Below, piece after piece: positions 50,464 through 60,850 of a DNA stretch of 64,000 nucleotides. The notes under the pieces were generated by a model. That model had not been told where the DNA came from. It made no database searches and worked only from the letters and a program-made list of their open reading frames with translations. The DNA is taken from positions 576,001 to 640,000 of the forward strand of contig JAXHMY010000001.1 of the NCBI GenBank assembly GCA_034520965.1, given 5' to 3'. Numbering within the stretch: position 1 is the first letter of the stretch; each line of letters opens with the position of its first letter. The translations under genes were made by a program, and so were the position numbers. This DNA is from Spirochaetia bacterium (GTDB lineage Bacteria; Spirochaetota; Spirochaetia; DSM-16054; Sediminispirochaetaceae).

Positions 50464-51870
50464 ATGAACTCAGTAACTATGGTAAATTTAAGCTACCTGC
50501 TTGCTGCGGTCCTGTTTATCGCCGGGCTCAAGGGGCTCGGTCATCCCAAGACTGCGGTACGCGGAAACCTTCTGGGGGCAGTTGGAATGCTGTTGGCAAT
50601 TCTGACCACCCTCATCTCCGCCGAAATACTCTCTTTACCCTTAATTCTTGCGGGGCTGCTAATAGGCTCGATAATCGGGACAGTTCTGGCTTTGAGTATT
50701 AAGATGACGGCTATGCCGCAACTAGTAGGTCTTTTCAACGGTTTTGGCGGTCTCGCTTCAGCAATGGTTGCCGGGGCGGTGGTGTTTCAGACAAGTCTGA
50801 CTCTTACAGAACTTGCCGCAGGGAGTCCCGGCCTGCAGTTTCTGATTGCAACCGCCGCATCCGGGCTCATCGGTTCGGTGACCTTTATCGGAAGTTTAAT
50901 TGCCTTCGGTAAACTGCAGGGAATAGTGACGGAAAAACCGGTCCGTTATAAGGGAGAACAGGTGGTAAAATCCCTGGTCTTTCTCATCGGCCTAGCCCTG
51001 GCGGCCATGCTGATTCGGAATCCGGAACAGGTTGAACTGTACGGCTATCTGGCGGCAGCCGGCCTTCTGTTGGGGCTTTTGCTGGTCATGCCCATTGGGG
51101 GTGCGGATATGCCCATTGTAATCGCCCTGCTCAACTCATACTCGGGGATAGCCGCTGCGGCAACCGGATTTGTTTTGTCTAACAACATTCTCATTATCGC
51201 CGGCTCCCTGGTAGGAGCCTCCGGCATAATCCTTACCAATATTATGTGCAAGGCAATGAACCGCTCCCTGGCCAATGTCCTGTTCGGCGGAGTTGGAGCC
51301 GTACCGGAGGGCCCCGCAGAGGGGGATATCTATGCCGGAAAAATTAAACAAACCGCCGCCGAGGAGGTAGCGATGATCCTCAAAAGCGCCCAGCGGGTGG
51401 TCTTTGTCCCCGGTTACGGAATGGCGGTAGCCCGTGCGCAGACTCCGGTGCGCCAGCTGTCTGAATTGCTGGAGGCCGAAGGAAAAGAGGTGGAGTTCGG
51501 TATACACCCGGTGGCCGGACGAATGCCGGGACATATGAATGTACTGCTGGCCGAGGAGAATATATCCTACGAGAAACTCAGAGAAATGGACCAGATTAAC
51601 CCCAGTTTTCCCCAAACCGATGTAACCATCGTGATTGGGGCCAACGATGTGGTCAATCCCCGGGCCAGGGAGGCCTCCGACAGTCCTATTGCCGGGATGC
51701 CGATTCTGAACGTGGATCAGTCCAAAACAGTAATAATAATCAAACGCAGCTTAGGCCCCGGGTTTGCGGGTATTCCAAACCCGCTGTTTGCGGCAGACAA
51801 CACCCTTATGTATTTTGGTGACGGAAAGAAGGCGATGGAAGATCTGGTAAGCGCCTACAAAGAGGCATAA
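50464..51870 (+). CDS. pntB: NAD(P) transhydrogenase beta
   Basis: MTAMPQLV, IGGADMP, PGYGMAVA, HPVAGRMPGHMNVLLAE, GANDVVNP. Confidence 0.97.
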   Translation: MNSVTMVNLSYLLAAVLFIAGLKGLGHPKTAVRGNLLGAVGMLLAILTTLISAEILSLPLILAGLLIGSIIGTVLALSIKMTAMPQLVGLFNGFGGLASAMVAGAVVFQTSLTLTELAAGSPGLQFLIATAASGLIGSVTFIGSLIAFGKLQGIVTEKPVRYKGEQVVKSLVFLIGLALAAMLIRNPEQVELYGYLAAAGLLLGLLLVMPIGGADMPIVIALLNSYSGIAAAATGFVLSNNILIIAGSLVGASGIILTNIMCKAMNRSLANVLFGGVGAVPEGPAEGDIYAGKIKQTAAEEVAMILKSAQRVVFVPGYGMAVARAQTPVRQLSELLEAEGKEVEFGIHPVAGRMPGHMNVLLAEENISYEKLREMDQINPSFPQTDVTIVIGANDVVNPRAREASDSPIAGMPILNVDQSKTVIIIKRSLGPGFAGIPNPLFAADNTLMYFGDGKKAMEDLVSAYKEA

Positions 51871-51877
51871 CGACTTG

Positions 51878-51907
51878 GGTGCCGCCGGGATTAAGAACGG
51901 CGGCACC
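51878..51907. terminator. Hairpin between convergent pntB and the kinase gene
   Basis: GGTGCCGCCG-N10-CGGCGGCACC. Confidence 0.7.
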
Positions 51908-51921
51908 TTAACTGCGGCATC

Positions 51922-53208
51922 TTAATGCTGAAACAGCACATGAACCACAGTTCCTTTCTCGCCTGATACCTCAATACTACCTTCAAACTGCTCGACCATC
52001 GAGCGGATCAGCATAAATCCAAGTCCCTCCGATTTGCCGTTAATTGCCGATTCAGGTATACCTACTCCGTCATCGCGATAAATAAACTCCAACTTCTGCT
52101 CCGGTTGCCGCCGCAGGACAACACTTATATGCCCTTCTGCCTGGTCCAGGAAACCGTGCTTCAGAGAGTTAGTCACCAATTCATTGGTCATAATACCTAA
52201 ATATGAGAGCTCCTGGGCATCGAAAAGGACATTGTCAATCTCAGTATGAAGCTGCACTTTTTTGCCACCCGGAAAAACTTCAAATATCTCCTTGAGGAGT
52301 GCGGGCAGGTACTCGGCCACCGACATCGATTCGACCATACCCTGGCGGTAGAGCTTGTCATACAACACCATCATACTCTGCAAACGGCTCGCCGCATCAT
52401 ATAGGGCCACTAGAGCATCCGAATTATCAATTGAATCGGCCTGCATTCGCAGAAGTACCTGGACCGAGCTCATATTATTTTTAATACGGTGATGCACCTC
52501 TTTCAGCAGCATTTCCTTTTCTTGGAACTGCCCGTGGAGTTTCCGTCGCATGCTGTTCACCGCTTCGGCCAACTCATTTAATTCATCATCATGCTTCCTG
52601 TTACGTTCAAAGGAGAAGGGTACGGAAAGCGCAGCAGAGTCGCTGCTGCTTTGCAAAAACTCCACGAAATGCGACAGATGTCGTCCAACCATAATATGGA
52701 ACAGAAGTGAAACCGCCAGGGCAAGACTAAGGGCAACCAGAAGGTTGTAGAGAAGAAAGGGCACCTGTCCTTTTATTACATCACTACGCAGTCGCCGGGT
52801 ATTCACATACATGCTTAATTTTCCAACCTGGAGCTCTTCACCCCGGTGTTCATACGTGAGGGTGTGGCGATACTTTTTCATTTCTTCCGCTTTCAGTGTC
52901 GGATTCTCGCGATAGTTTACCGAGTAAAGCCGTCCCTCGTCATCGATAATCTCGACCCGGTCGATATATGGAAACTCAACGATGCTCTCAATCTGTTCCT
53001 GCAGCAGGTCGTAATGGGTCATCCATAGGCTCGAGACCAGCGCGGGAATATGGCTGTGTTCTATTTGTTCAATTTGCTCGGAGACCCGCTGGTATTCTTG
53101 CCGGTAGGCGGCCAGGCTCATAAGCGGGGCAAACACAGCTGTAAGAACCAGTATCAGGAGCATGGTATACAGTGTATAGCGTCGGGCAATCGACATAGCG
53201 GCCCTCAA
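51922..53208 (-). CDS. Membrane sensor histidine kinase (HAMP plus HisKA_2/HWE-type)
   Basis: Two TM helices, DELNELA, LLKEVHHRIKNNM, NELVTNSLKHGF, DDGVG, GLG. Confidence 0.9.
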   Translation of the reverse strand: MRAAMSIARRYTLYTMLLILVLTAVFAPLMSLAAYRQEYQRVSEQIEQIEHSHIPALVSSLWMTHYDLLQEQIESIVEFPYIDRVEIIDDEGRLYSVNYRENPTLKAEEMKKYRHTLTYEHRGEELQVGKLSMYVNTRRLRSDVIKGQVPFLLYNLLVALSLALAVSLLFHIMVGRHLSHFVEFLQSSSDSAALSVPFSFERNRKHDDELNELAEAVNSMRRKLHGQFQEKEMLLKEVHHRIKNNMSSVQVLLRMQADSIDNSDALVALYDAASRLQSMMVLYDKLYRQGMVESMSVAEYLPALLKEIFEVFPGGKKVQLHTEIDNVLFDAQELSYLGIMTNELVTNSLKHGFLDQAEGHISVVLRRQPEQKLEFIYRDDGVGIPESAINGKSEGLGFMLIRSMVEQFEGSIEVSGEKGTVVHVLFQH

Positions 53209-53930
53209 GGCTTTAGATACGGATCGGTCGAATCGCTGACGATACGCTGGTAGCTGCCGTCGTCCTTCATACTCTGCAAAGCATCCGCAATTTTAGGAAC
53301 TAGGTCGGCGTGTCTTTTATGTACGTACAAATACATTTTACGGCTCGCCAGGGGAGGTTCGAGGTGAAATATTTCATCGTAGTTCATCTCTTTCAAGGCC
53401 GCATACCCGGTCAGCTTGGAATAGAGGGCAACATCCAACCTTTCCTTATGCAGCATGCTGAACAATTCGCTTTCACTTGGAACCAGGGTACGATGGGGAA
53501 AGCCCGCGGTATTCTGCTCCAGAATTTTCCACCCCCGAACAATTCCTATATACAAATTACGGATACTCTCCCACCCGTCTATTTGGAAGTCTTGCGTGGC
53601 AAAGGCAACAAAATGCATAGTCATATTCGGCTCGGGTACCTGCAGCAGGTTGGGAAACTGATTTTCCATGCCGGCAACCCGGTTCAACTCTCCATCGAGC
53701 AATCCGGCATTTACATCCACCAATGATTTCTCGGTACGGGTAAAGACTATCTCAGCCTCGAGGCCTATCCTGTCGAAAACTTCTTTCATTATACGGTCGA
53801 GCATACCGCTCTTTTCAGTGTTGGAGAGGAGGTTTTTGTAGGAAGTACTAATGTAGAACTTGTTATCGTTCCCGTACACTGCCGACAGCATAACAAGCAG
53901 CATAAGGAGGAGACCCACGGTTTTCTTCAC
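53205..53930 (-). CDS. Periplasmic substrate-binding protein (family 3-like)
   Basis: Signal peptide, IGIVRGW, ALQSMKDDGSYQRI; GTG start after AGGAGG. Confidence 0.85.
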   Translation of the reverse strand: MKKTVGLLLMLLVMLSAVYGNDNKFYISTSYKNLLSNTEKSGMLDRIMKEVFDRIGLEAEIVFTRTEKSLVDVNAGLLDGELNRVAGMENQFPNLLQVPEPNMTMHFVAFATQDFQIDGWESIRNLYIGIVRGWKILEQNTAGFPHRTLVPSESELFSMLHKERLDVALYSKLTGYAALKEMNYDEIFHLEPPLASRKMYLYVHKRHADLVPKIADALQSMKDDGSYQRIVSDSTDPYLKP

Positions 53931-54077
53931 ATTGCCTCCTGTTTTACTCATTTTATTCAATTTGAGGCCGTCCTGGTGATAAGATAAATTATTCGAGGAG
54001 TGAAGGCAATAGATCGAGGACTGCCTGAGGGGAAGTTAAGTTTTTTACACTTTTTTGTATTATTTTTCCCGCCGCAA

Positions 54078-54121
54078 TTGACAAATAGAATATTTGATAG
54101 TATGTTAGTTATCGTTAACTA
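54078..54121 (+). promoter_or_regulatory. tetR promoter with an overlapping operator
   Basis: TTGACA-N17-TATGTT; palindrome TTAGTTA-TCGT-TAACTAA. Confidence 0.8.
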
Positions 54122-54168
54122 AGTATTATACGTATAAAACAGCAGTAGCTCAAGGAGGGATGTAACAA

Positions 54169-54789
54169 ATGAACAATTTTACCGACCGTCAGAAGGACTT
54201 CCTTAATGCGGCAATCGATATCGTCTCCCGTCAAGGCTTCAGCAAGCTGACGATCCGAAATGTATCTGCTGCGGTGGGTGTGAGCGAGCCGGCGGTTTAC
54301 CGTCATTTTCCCAACAAACTGGCCCTGCTGACGGCTATGCTGGAGGATCTTCAGGGGGCTATTCTGCCCCACTTCCGGGCACTGCGGGAAGGGGCGGATC
54401 AACCCAGGGAAACCTTTTCCGGGTTTATCCGCGGACTGTTCGAAGAGTTCAAACTGCGTCCGGCCTATGCCCCCTTTATTTTTTCGGAAGAGATATTCCA
54501 CAATGAACCGCAGTTGCGCGAAAAGCTGCAGCAGGTACTGGGCGGAAATATTGCCGTGCTGACCGAATCTTTCGAAGCCCTGCAAATCGACAAAAGCTGT
54601 CGGACCGATATTGAAGCACAGCAGATGGCCCTGATAACCCTTGCCTCCATTCGCCTGGCGGTCAGCCGCTGGCACATCAGCGAAGGGAGAGTGAGGCTGA
54701 AGGACCTGGCCAATCAGTTAATCGATACCCTGAGCACCCTTTTCGAGCTTGGCTCCGTAAATGTTACCGCCAAGAAGCAACAAGACTGA
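54169..54789 (+). CDS. TetR/AcrR-family regulator
   Basis: RQGFSKLTIRNVSAAVGVSEPAVYRHFPNK. Confidence 0.95.
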   Translation: MNNFTDRQKDFLNAAIDIVSRQGFSKLTIRNVSAAVGVSEPAVYRHFPNKLALLTAMLEDLQGAILPHFRALREGADQPRETFSGFIRGLFEEFKLRPAYAPFIFSEEIFHNEPQLREKLQQVLGGNIAVLTESFEALQIDKSCRTDIEAQQMALITLASIRLAVSRWHISEGRVRLKDLANQLIDTLSTLFELGSVNVTAKKQQD

Positions 54790-54847
54790 TTAATAGAAGC
54801 AACCGTGCCGGTTCGGCTCAGGTTCCCTGGCATAGTTGAGCCCGATT

Positions 54848-54866
54848 TGTTAGTTATCGTTAACTA
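54848..54866 (+). promoter_or_regulatory. Second identical TetR operator before the MMPL gene
   Basis: TGTTAGTTATCGTTAACTA, identical to 54103-54121. Confidence 0.8.
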
Positions 54867-54880
54867 CTATAAGGAGAAAG

Positions 54881-57223
54881 ATGCAGATGAACAACGTGTA
54901 TCAAAAAATTGCAAAAAAGCCGGCTTTAGTTATTTTGCTTATAATTGCCCTGACCGGCCTGTTCGTGTACGGAATTGCCCGTAACGCGGAAATAGTCACC
55001 GACCTGGACGAGTATATGCCCTCCGATCATCCGGCCTTTGTATTCAGCGACCAGGCGGAGGAGCAGTTCGGCATTCAGGACAACATTCTGCTGGCCATCG
55101 AACACCCGCAGTCGATCTATAATACCGGCACCCTTCAAAAGATAAAAGCTATATCGCAAGAACTGCCGGAACGCTTTGATGAAATCGATGATGGAGACGT
55201 GACCTCCCTCTACACAGCTGAAAACATAACCGCGGACGAATGGGGCCTGACCGTAAGACCCTTTTATGAAGAGGTGCCCCAGGATGCAGCGCAAATTCAA
55301 GCACTGCAATCCGCCGTAGAAAGCAACGACATGATCCACGGCCGGATCGTGAGCCAAAGTGCAAATGCAGCACTGATAATTGCAGAGATCGGTGATGATG
55401 CCTTTACCGACAGTTTTTATACCGAGCTGCAGAAATTCGCCGCCCAATGGGAGGGCCCGGAGACGGTGTACATTGCCGGCCGACCGGTGGTTGAGGGGGA
55501 ACTTACCAAGCTTGGCCCCAAAGACATGGCCCGCATGGCCCCGCTGGTAATTGTAATGATGACCGCCCTGTTACTGATTCTTCTACGGAGCGTGCGCAGT
55601 ACCATCATCAATTTGATTATTGTTCTGTTCGCTACAATAGCGGCTTTCGGCCTGATGGCCCTGCTGCAGGTACCGGTGTATACGGTCAGCACCATGATTC
55701 CGGTGATGCTAATTGCCATAGGAGTGGCGTATGGAATTCACATGCATAACTCCATTGTTCATCTGAGCCGGGAAAAACCTGACATATCCAGAGAGGAACT
55801 GGTCAGCGAAACCCTGAAAGCAATGGTACGCCCGGTTTCGATGGCGGCAATCACTACGGCGGTGGGCTTCTTATCGCTGATGACCAGCCAGGTGCTCCCG
55901 GTACGTTTTTTCGGCCTGTTTACCGCCTTTGGTGTGATAACCGAGATGCTGTTGGCCCTGATTCTGTATCCGGCTGCAGTATATATGTTCGGACCCTTCA
56001 AATCGCGGCAGTCAAAGCCTGAGCGATCCATGGGTAAACCCCGCAATCCGAAAAACAAGCCTGCCCTCAGTCACCGTTTCGGCGCCAAACTTCTAGCGCG
56101 ACCAAAGCTGGTGGTGGCGGCAGCAGTTCTGGTGGCGGCATTGGCGGCGCTCGGCACCACCCAGGTATGGATAGACACCAGCTTCCTGGCCAACTTTCAG
56201 GAGGACAGTCGGGTGGTAAAAACCGACAAATTCGTAAACCGCAATTTCGGCGGAACCTCTACCTTTAACGTAATCTTCAGCAGCGACCAGGCGGACACCT
56301 TCAAACAGCCCGAGGTTTTGGAGGTCATCGACCAGCTGCAGAGCGAGGTTGAATCAAAACCGGTGGTCGGTGACAGCTTTGCCATTACCGATTACATGAA
56401 GCGCATGCACCAGGTAATGCACTCGGACGACCCCGACTACAACAAAATCCCCGACTCTCAGGAGATGATAGCCCAATACCTTCTGTTATACGAGATGTCC
56501 GGCGACCCGGACAACCTGAACCAGGTAGTTGATTACGACTACATGAATGCCAACTTGACCTTTCAGCTCAAAAGCGACAGCTCGGCGGTGATGGAAGACA
56601 TTATCGAGGTGATAGAGCCCTACATTCCCCTTCTTACCGAACACGGCGTCGAGGTTGACTACGCCGGCAGCGGATATAAGTCGCTGGTGTTTGCCACTCT
56701 GCTGCTGGAAGGACAAATTCTCAGTCTTCTGATTTCCTTCGGTATCGTAGCCCTGCTGCTGACACTTATGTTCCGCAGCTTGTGGATAGGACTGGCCGGT
56801 ACCATCCCCATTGCAATTACTGCAATGGTCAACTTCGGGACCATGGGTTTGCTGGGTATCCCATTGAGCTCGGCTACCGCAATTATATCCGGTATCGCTA
56901 TAGGAATAGGTGTGGACTACGCGATTCATTTGATCGAACGTTACCGTTCTATGCGCAGCGAAGGCCTTGACCGGCAGGAAGCGGCCTACGAGACCCTCGG
57001 ACACACCGGTCGGGCTATTATCTATAACGCCATAGCGGTTATGGGAGGTTTCGCAGTACTGCTAATCAGCGTGTTTCCGCCGAACCGTCAGGTGGGAGGC
57101 TTAATTGCACTTAATATGGCTACCAGTGCCGTCGGCACTTTAACAATTCTATTGATAGTGGTGGTTTTTATCGACCGCCGCACAAAAACTTTTCAGTCTA
57201 AAAATTCCAAAAAGGAGGAATAA
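54881..57223 (+). CDS. MMPL/RND-family transporter
   Basis: Two-fold repeat; IAIGVAYGIH, TTAVGFLSL, IGIGVDYAIH. Confidence 0.92.
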   Translation: MQMNNVYQKIAKKPALVILLIIALTGLFVYGIARNAEIVTDLDEYMPSDHPAFVFSDQAEEQFGIQDNILLAIEHPQSIYNTGTLQKIKAISQELPERFDEIDDGDVTSLYTAENITADEWGLTVRPFYEEVPQDAAQIQALQSAVESNDMIHGRIVSQSANAALIIAEIGDDAFTDSFYTELQKFAAQWEGPETVYIAGRPVVEGELTKLGPKDMARMAPLVIVMMTALLLILLRSVRSTIINLIIVLFATIAAFGLMALLQVPVYTVSTMIPVMLIAIGVAYGIHMHNSIVHLSREKPDISREELVSETLKAMVRPVSMAAITTAVGFLSLMTSQVLPVRFFGLFTAFGVITEMLLALILYPAAVYMFGPFKSRQSKPERSMGKPRNPKNKPALSHRFGAKLLARPKLVVAAAVLVAALAALGTTQVWIDTSFLANFQEDSRVVKTDKFVNRNFGGTSTFNVIFSSDQADTFKQPEVLEVIDQLQSEVESKPVVGDSFAITDYMKRMHQVMHSDDPDYNKIPDSQEMIAQYLLLYEMSGDPDNLNQVVDYDYMNANLTFQLKSDSSAVMEDIIEVIEPYIPLLTEHGVEVDYAGSGYKSLVFATLLLEGQILSLLISFGIVALLLTLMFRSLWIGLAGTIPIAITAMVNFGTMGLLGIPLSSATAIISGIAIGIGVDYAIHLIERYRSMRSEGLDRQEAAYETLGHTGRAIIYNAIAVMGGFAVLLISVFPPNRQVGGLIALNMATSAVGTLTILLIVVVFIDRRTKTFQSKNSKKEE

Positions 57224-57224
57224 T

Positions 57225-58010
57225 ATGCACCCAAGACTAAGAACGTTTGCTTTGACCCTGATATTTTTAATGAGTACCGCGGGCCTGCTGTTGGCAGCGC
57301 CCAGCGGAAAACAGGTGATGGAGAATGTCTATAATCGCCCCAGCGGTGAAGAAATGACCGCCGACCTGGTGATGACACTGACCAACTCGCGCGGATCTAC
57401 CCGTGAACGCAGCATCACCCAGTTCAGTTTGGATACCGGCGGAGTAGATAAGAAGATGATGTTCTTTCTTGCTCCGGCGGATGTAAAGGACACCAGCTTT
57501 ATGAGCTGGTCCTACGACGACGACCGTGATGACGATCAGTGGATCTACATGCCGGCTCTCAGGCGGGTAAAACGCATCAGTTCCGACAGCAAGAACGACC
57601 GCTTTATGGGCTCGGATTTCACCTACGACCACCTGGGCGAAAGGCATCCGGAAGAGGACCGTCATACGGTTCTGCGGGAAGAGAACTATAAGGGAGAGTC
57701 CTGCTATGTGATCGAGAGTGTTCCGGTGGGCGACGATGCTGCCTTCAGTAAAACCGTCAGCTGGATTGCTAAGGACAAATGGATCGGCCTGCAGCGGGAA
57801 TATTACGATGATAAAGACCAAATATACAAAACCCTGAACATCGAGGACTTTGAACAGATCGACGGCTATTGGGTTATTACCAATATGCTTATGAAGGACC
57901 TGGACCGCGATCACTCTACCCGTATTGAAATGGAAAATGTCAAATTCGACACCGGCCTGACCGACAGTTTTTTCTCCGAACGGCAGATGCAGCGCGGTCC
58001 GCGTCGATAG
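57225..58010 (+). CDS. LolA-like outer-membrane lipoprotein-sorting protein
   Basis: FLAPADVKDTSF, DDQWIYMPALRRVKRI, FMGSDFTY. Confidence 0.9.
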   Translation: MHPRLRTFALTLIFLMSTAGLLLAAPSGKQVMENVYNRPSGEEMTADLVMTLTNSRGSTRERSITQFSLDTGGVDKKMMFFLAPADVKDTSFMSWSYDDDRDDDQWIYMPALRRVKRISSDSKNDRFMGSDFTYDHLGERHPEEDRHTVLREENYKGESCYVIESVPVGDDAAFSKTVSWIAKDKWIGLQREYYDDKDQIYKTLNIEDFEQIDGYWVITNMLMKDLDRDHSTRIEMENVKFDTGLTDSFFSERQMQRGPRR

Positions 58011-58025
58011 AACAAGGAGGATTTT

Positions 58026-59276
58026 ATGAGATCACTTACGTACATCAACAAAAGAAATCTTATCGGCAGCCTGGTCCTTTTAACGGCCATGGCGATGCTG
58101 ATGCCGAATATGCTCTTCGCAAAGGATATTGATTTTAGCGGCATGCTGCGCAGCTACACCGGCGCCCGCCTTTCCGAGGGGGATGTGCCGATTACCGAAC
58201 AAACTGCAGACGTTAAGATGGAGGGCTGGGGAGAGGACACCCACATCATGTTGAATCCCTATGCCTACATCGGAGCCGACGGCGAACCGGAGATCGGCAT
58301 GCGAGAGGCCTACCTCGACCTGTATTTTCCCTCGATGGACATCCGGGTCGGCAAACAGGCAATAGTCTGGGGCGAGGCCGAAGGGGCCTTTATTACCGAC
58401 ATCGTCAGCCCCCAGGACCTGCGCTCCTTTATCCTGGCCGACTTTACAGAGATACGCATGGGAGTTCCAGCGGTCAAGGCCGACTACTTTGCCGGCCCCC
58501 TGACCTTCGAGGCAGTCTGGCTACCCCGCTTCATTCCGACCGAACTGCCGGATCAGAGTTCAATCTGGTACACCGATCAGATGAACATGATGAGCGTCCC
58601 CGAACTGCCCTCCGATGATCTGGAGAACAGTGAACTCTTCGGCAAGGTCAGTTACTTCGGCGCTGCCTTTAACGGAGAGCTAATGGCAGGCTACGCCTGG
58701 GACGACAACCCCGTGCTGGAAGGCAGCGCCCCCAACCCCGATGCGTCGTACCAACGCTATACAGTCGTCGGAGGCAGCTTCAGCACCACCCTCGGCTCGG
58801 TAGTCCTGCGCTCGGAGGCGGCGGCCTACCTGAACAAGGCTTTTACCAGCCTTGAAAATCCCGGAACCCCGTTGGCTGCTTTCGCCACCAGCGACTACCA
58901 CCAGCTGCACGGGCTGGCGGGGCTGGATTGGAGCCTGTTCGGTGTAGACATGTCCTCCCAGTACATCCTGCAGTATATCCACGACTACGACGCCGCGCTT
59001 ATGTCCGACGAATACGACCATACCCTCACCTTCCGGATGCGGGATTCAAATATGGCCCAAACCCTCACCTGGGAGCTGTTCACTTATGTAGGCTTCGATC
59101 CGGAGGATATTGAAAACTCCACCGATGCTCTGCTGCGACCCTCCCTTACCTACAGCATAGAAGACGGGGTCGAGATTCAATCCGGTGTTGAAATATTCCT
59201 TGGCGATGAGGCCGGCAATTTCGGAAAGTATGAGGATAACACCATGGCCTATGTTTCACTTCGGTGGTACTTCTAA
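58026..59276 (+). CDS. DUF1302-like outer-membrane beta-barrel protein
   Basis: Signal peptide, REAYLD..IRVGKQAIVWG, C-terminal YVSLRWYF. Confidence 0.82.
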   Translation: MRSLTYINKRNLIGSLVLLTAMAMLMPNMLFAKDIDFSGMLRSYTGARLSEGDVPITEQTADVKMEGWGEDTHIMLNPYAYIGADGEPEIGMREAYLDLYFPSMDIRVGKQAIVWGEAEGAFITDIVSPQDLRSFILADFTEIRMGVPAVKADYFAGPLTFEAVWLPRFIPTELPDQSSIWYTDQMNMMSVPELPSDDLENSELFGKVSYFGAAFNGELMAGYAWDDNPVLEGSAPNPDASYQRYTVVGGSFSTTLGSVVLRSEAAAYLNKAFTSLENPGTPLAAFATSDYHQLHGLAGLDWSLFGVDMSSQYILQYIHDYDAALMSDEYDHTLTFRMRDSNMAQTLTWELFTYVGFDPEDIENSTDALLRPSLTYSIEDGVEIQSGVEIFLGDEAGNFGKYEDNTMAYVSLRWYF

Positions 59277-59307
59277 TATAGAGTACTTCCGCCGTTCATT
59301 TTTCTTT

Positions 59308-59386
59308 CCGCCGGCCGGCGGCCTTCCTTCAGTTATTCACCGGCCGGCGGCCTTCCTTCAGTTATTCACCGGCCGGCGGTTTTTTT
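59308..59386 (+). terminator. Terminator containing a 29-bp tandem duplication
   Basis: CCGCCGGCCGG pairs with CCGGCCGGCGG followed by a T-run; unit CCGGCCGGCGGCCTTCCTTCAGTTATTCA x2.4 (59311-59379). Confidence 0.75.
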
Positions 59387-59464
59387 CGGCACCGAAGATC
59401 GATGTACCATAGGTTACATTCAAACACAACTGTTCTGTGTAATAAAAAAACAAGGAGATTTATT

Positions 59465-59782
59465 ATGAACATTATTCAGCCCGAACAGGGCGACACCGCT
59501 TATGAAAAAAATGCCGTAACAGCAAAAAAACTTCTCTCCAAATCGGAGGTAGAGGTAGTCCGAGTAGAATTGGCGCCCGGCAGCAGCCTGCCGGTGCACA
59601 GCACTCCGGTGGATGTTTTCTTTTTTATCATAGAAGGCCACGGAGAAGTTGAGATTGGTGAGGAACGCGAGGCCGTAACTGCCGGTGCTCTGGTAGAGAG
59701 CCCGAAAAATATACCCCATGGACTGCATAACACCTCGGATAGTTCCTTGAAAATACTTGTAGTCAAAACTCCCAAACCATAG
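59465..59782 (+). CDS. Cupin-domain protein
   Basis: PVHSTP..FFIIEG.G; PKNIPHGLHN. Confidence 0.88.
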   Translation: MNIIQPEQGDTAYEKNAVTAKKLLSKSEVEVVRVELAPGSSLPVHSTPVDVFFFIIEGHGEVEIGEEREAVTAGALVESPKNIPHGLHNTSDSSLKILVVKTPKP

Positions 59783-59787
59783 ACGCC

Positions 59788-60264
59788 ATGACAGCAGTAA
59801 TAATCAACATAATCGCTCTGGGGGCGTTTGCAGTTGCCTTCTCCCGCAATCGAAAAAAGGCCCTTAAGTCTATAAAGGTAGCGACAAAAATGTTTCTGGG
59901 AATTCTGCCTATGCTTATCATCATAATTCTGCTAATCGGTCTGCTCTTCGGTTTTGTGTCGGGAGGAGGGGCTGCAGCAGTTTATCGGCGAGCAGTCGGG
60001 ACCCCTGGGAGTTTTACTGGTAGCGGTAACCAGTGCGGTGCTGCACATACCCCGCGTTACTGGCCTTCCCCTCTCAGCCTCTCTACTGGCTAAGGGGGCA
60101 TCGATTACAGTTATCGCCACATTTATTACCAGCCTTACTATGATAGGGTGGTAACCCTGCCGCTGGAGATAAAAGAGCTTGGAGGACGATTCGCTGCCCT
60201 GCGTAACGGAACGAGTTTCGTTGCGGCCCTCACGATATCACTGTTAATGGGGCTGGTTATATGA
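59788..60264 (+). CDS. Half-size permease (DUF318/ArsP-like), frameshifted
   Basis: TM-rich; continues across frames through PLSASLL.KGAS...TSLTMIG and PLE...FAALRN. Confidence 0.72.
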
Positions 60265-60752
60265 AAAAGAGTGTAAGACAGGGGGTGCCGGTTATTGCAT
60301 TGGCACTTATAAGCGCAGTGCTATTGTATCTGCGGCCTGAATCCAGAACTCCCTTCGGCACCACCATTCTCGATTATGCCATGGAACTGATTGTGGTGTT
60401 GCCGGCGGTACTGCTGCTGATGGGGCTCCTATCACTTTTTATCTCCAACGAGTTCATCAGCACCCATCTGGGCAGCGAATCGGGGCTGAAGGGTATGGCG
60501 GTGGCCTTTCTGCTGGGGACCTTGCCAACGGGGCCGGTATACATGGCCTTTCCCATTGCCCGTACCCTTCGAGATAAGGGCGCCCGGGTGGCAAACTTCT
60601 ATATTTTCCTATCGGCCTGGGCCTGCATTAAGATACCGCAAGAGCTGGTGGAACTACGATTTTTGGGGTTTGAGTTCATGGCCTACCGGTTAACATTTAC
60701 CATAATCATGGTATCGCTGTTGAGTTTTGTTGTTGAGAAATTTGCACATTAG
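60261..60752 (+). CDS. Half-size permease (DUF318/ArsP-like)
   Basis: HLGSESGLKG, GTLPTGPVYMAFPIA..L..KGA, AWACIKIPQ..E..FLG. Confidence 0.8.
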   Translation: MKKSVRQGVPVIALALISAVLLYLRPESRTPFGTTILDYAMELIVVLPAVLLLMGLLSLFISNEFISTHLGSESGLKGMAVAFLLGTLPTGPVYMAFPIARTLRDKGARVANFYIFLSAWACIKIPQELVELRFLGFEFMAYRLTFTIIMVSLLSFVVEKFAH

Positions 60753-60850
60753 CGATTCTAAGCGTGGAAGACTTTTGACTTCATAGCTAAGAATTCACAT
60801 CAATTTCTTTGCAAATTTTTATATATCTCGACCTTTATACAGACGAACGG

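Noticed and set aside
59311..59379. 29-bp repeats as a mini-CRISPR
   Set aside because: Head-to-tail duplication without spacers, inside a terminator
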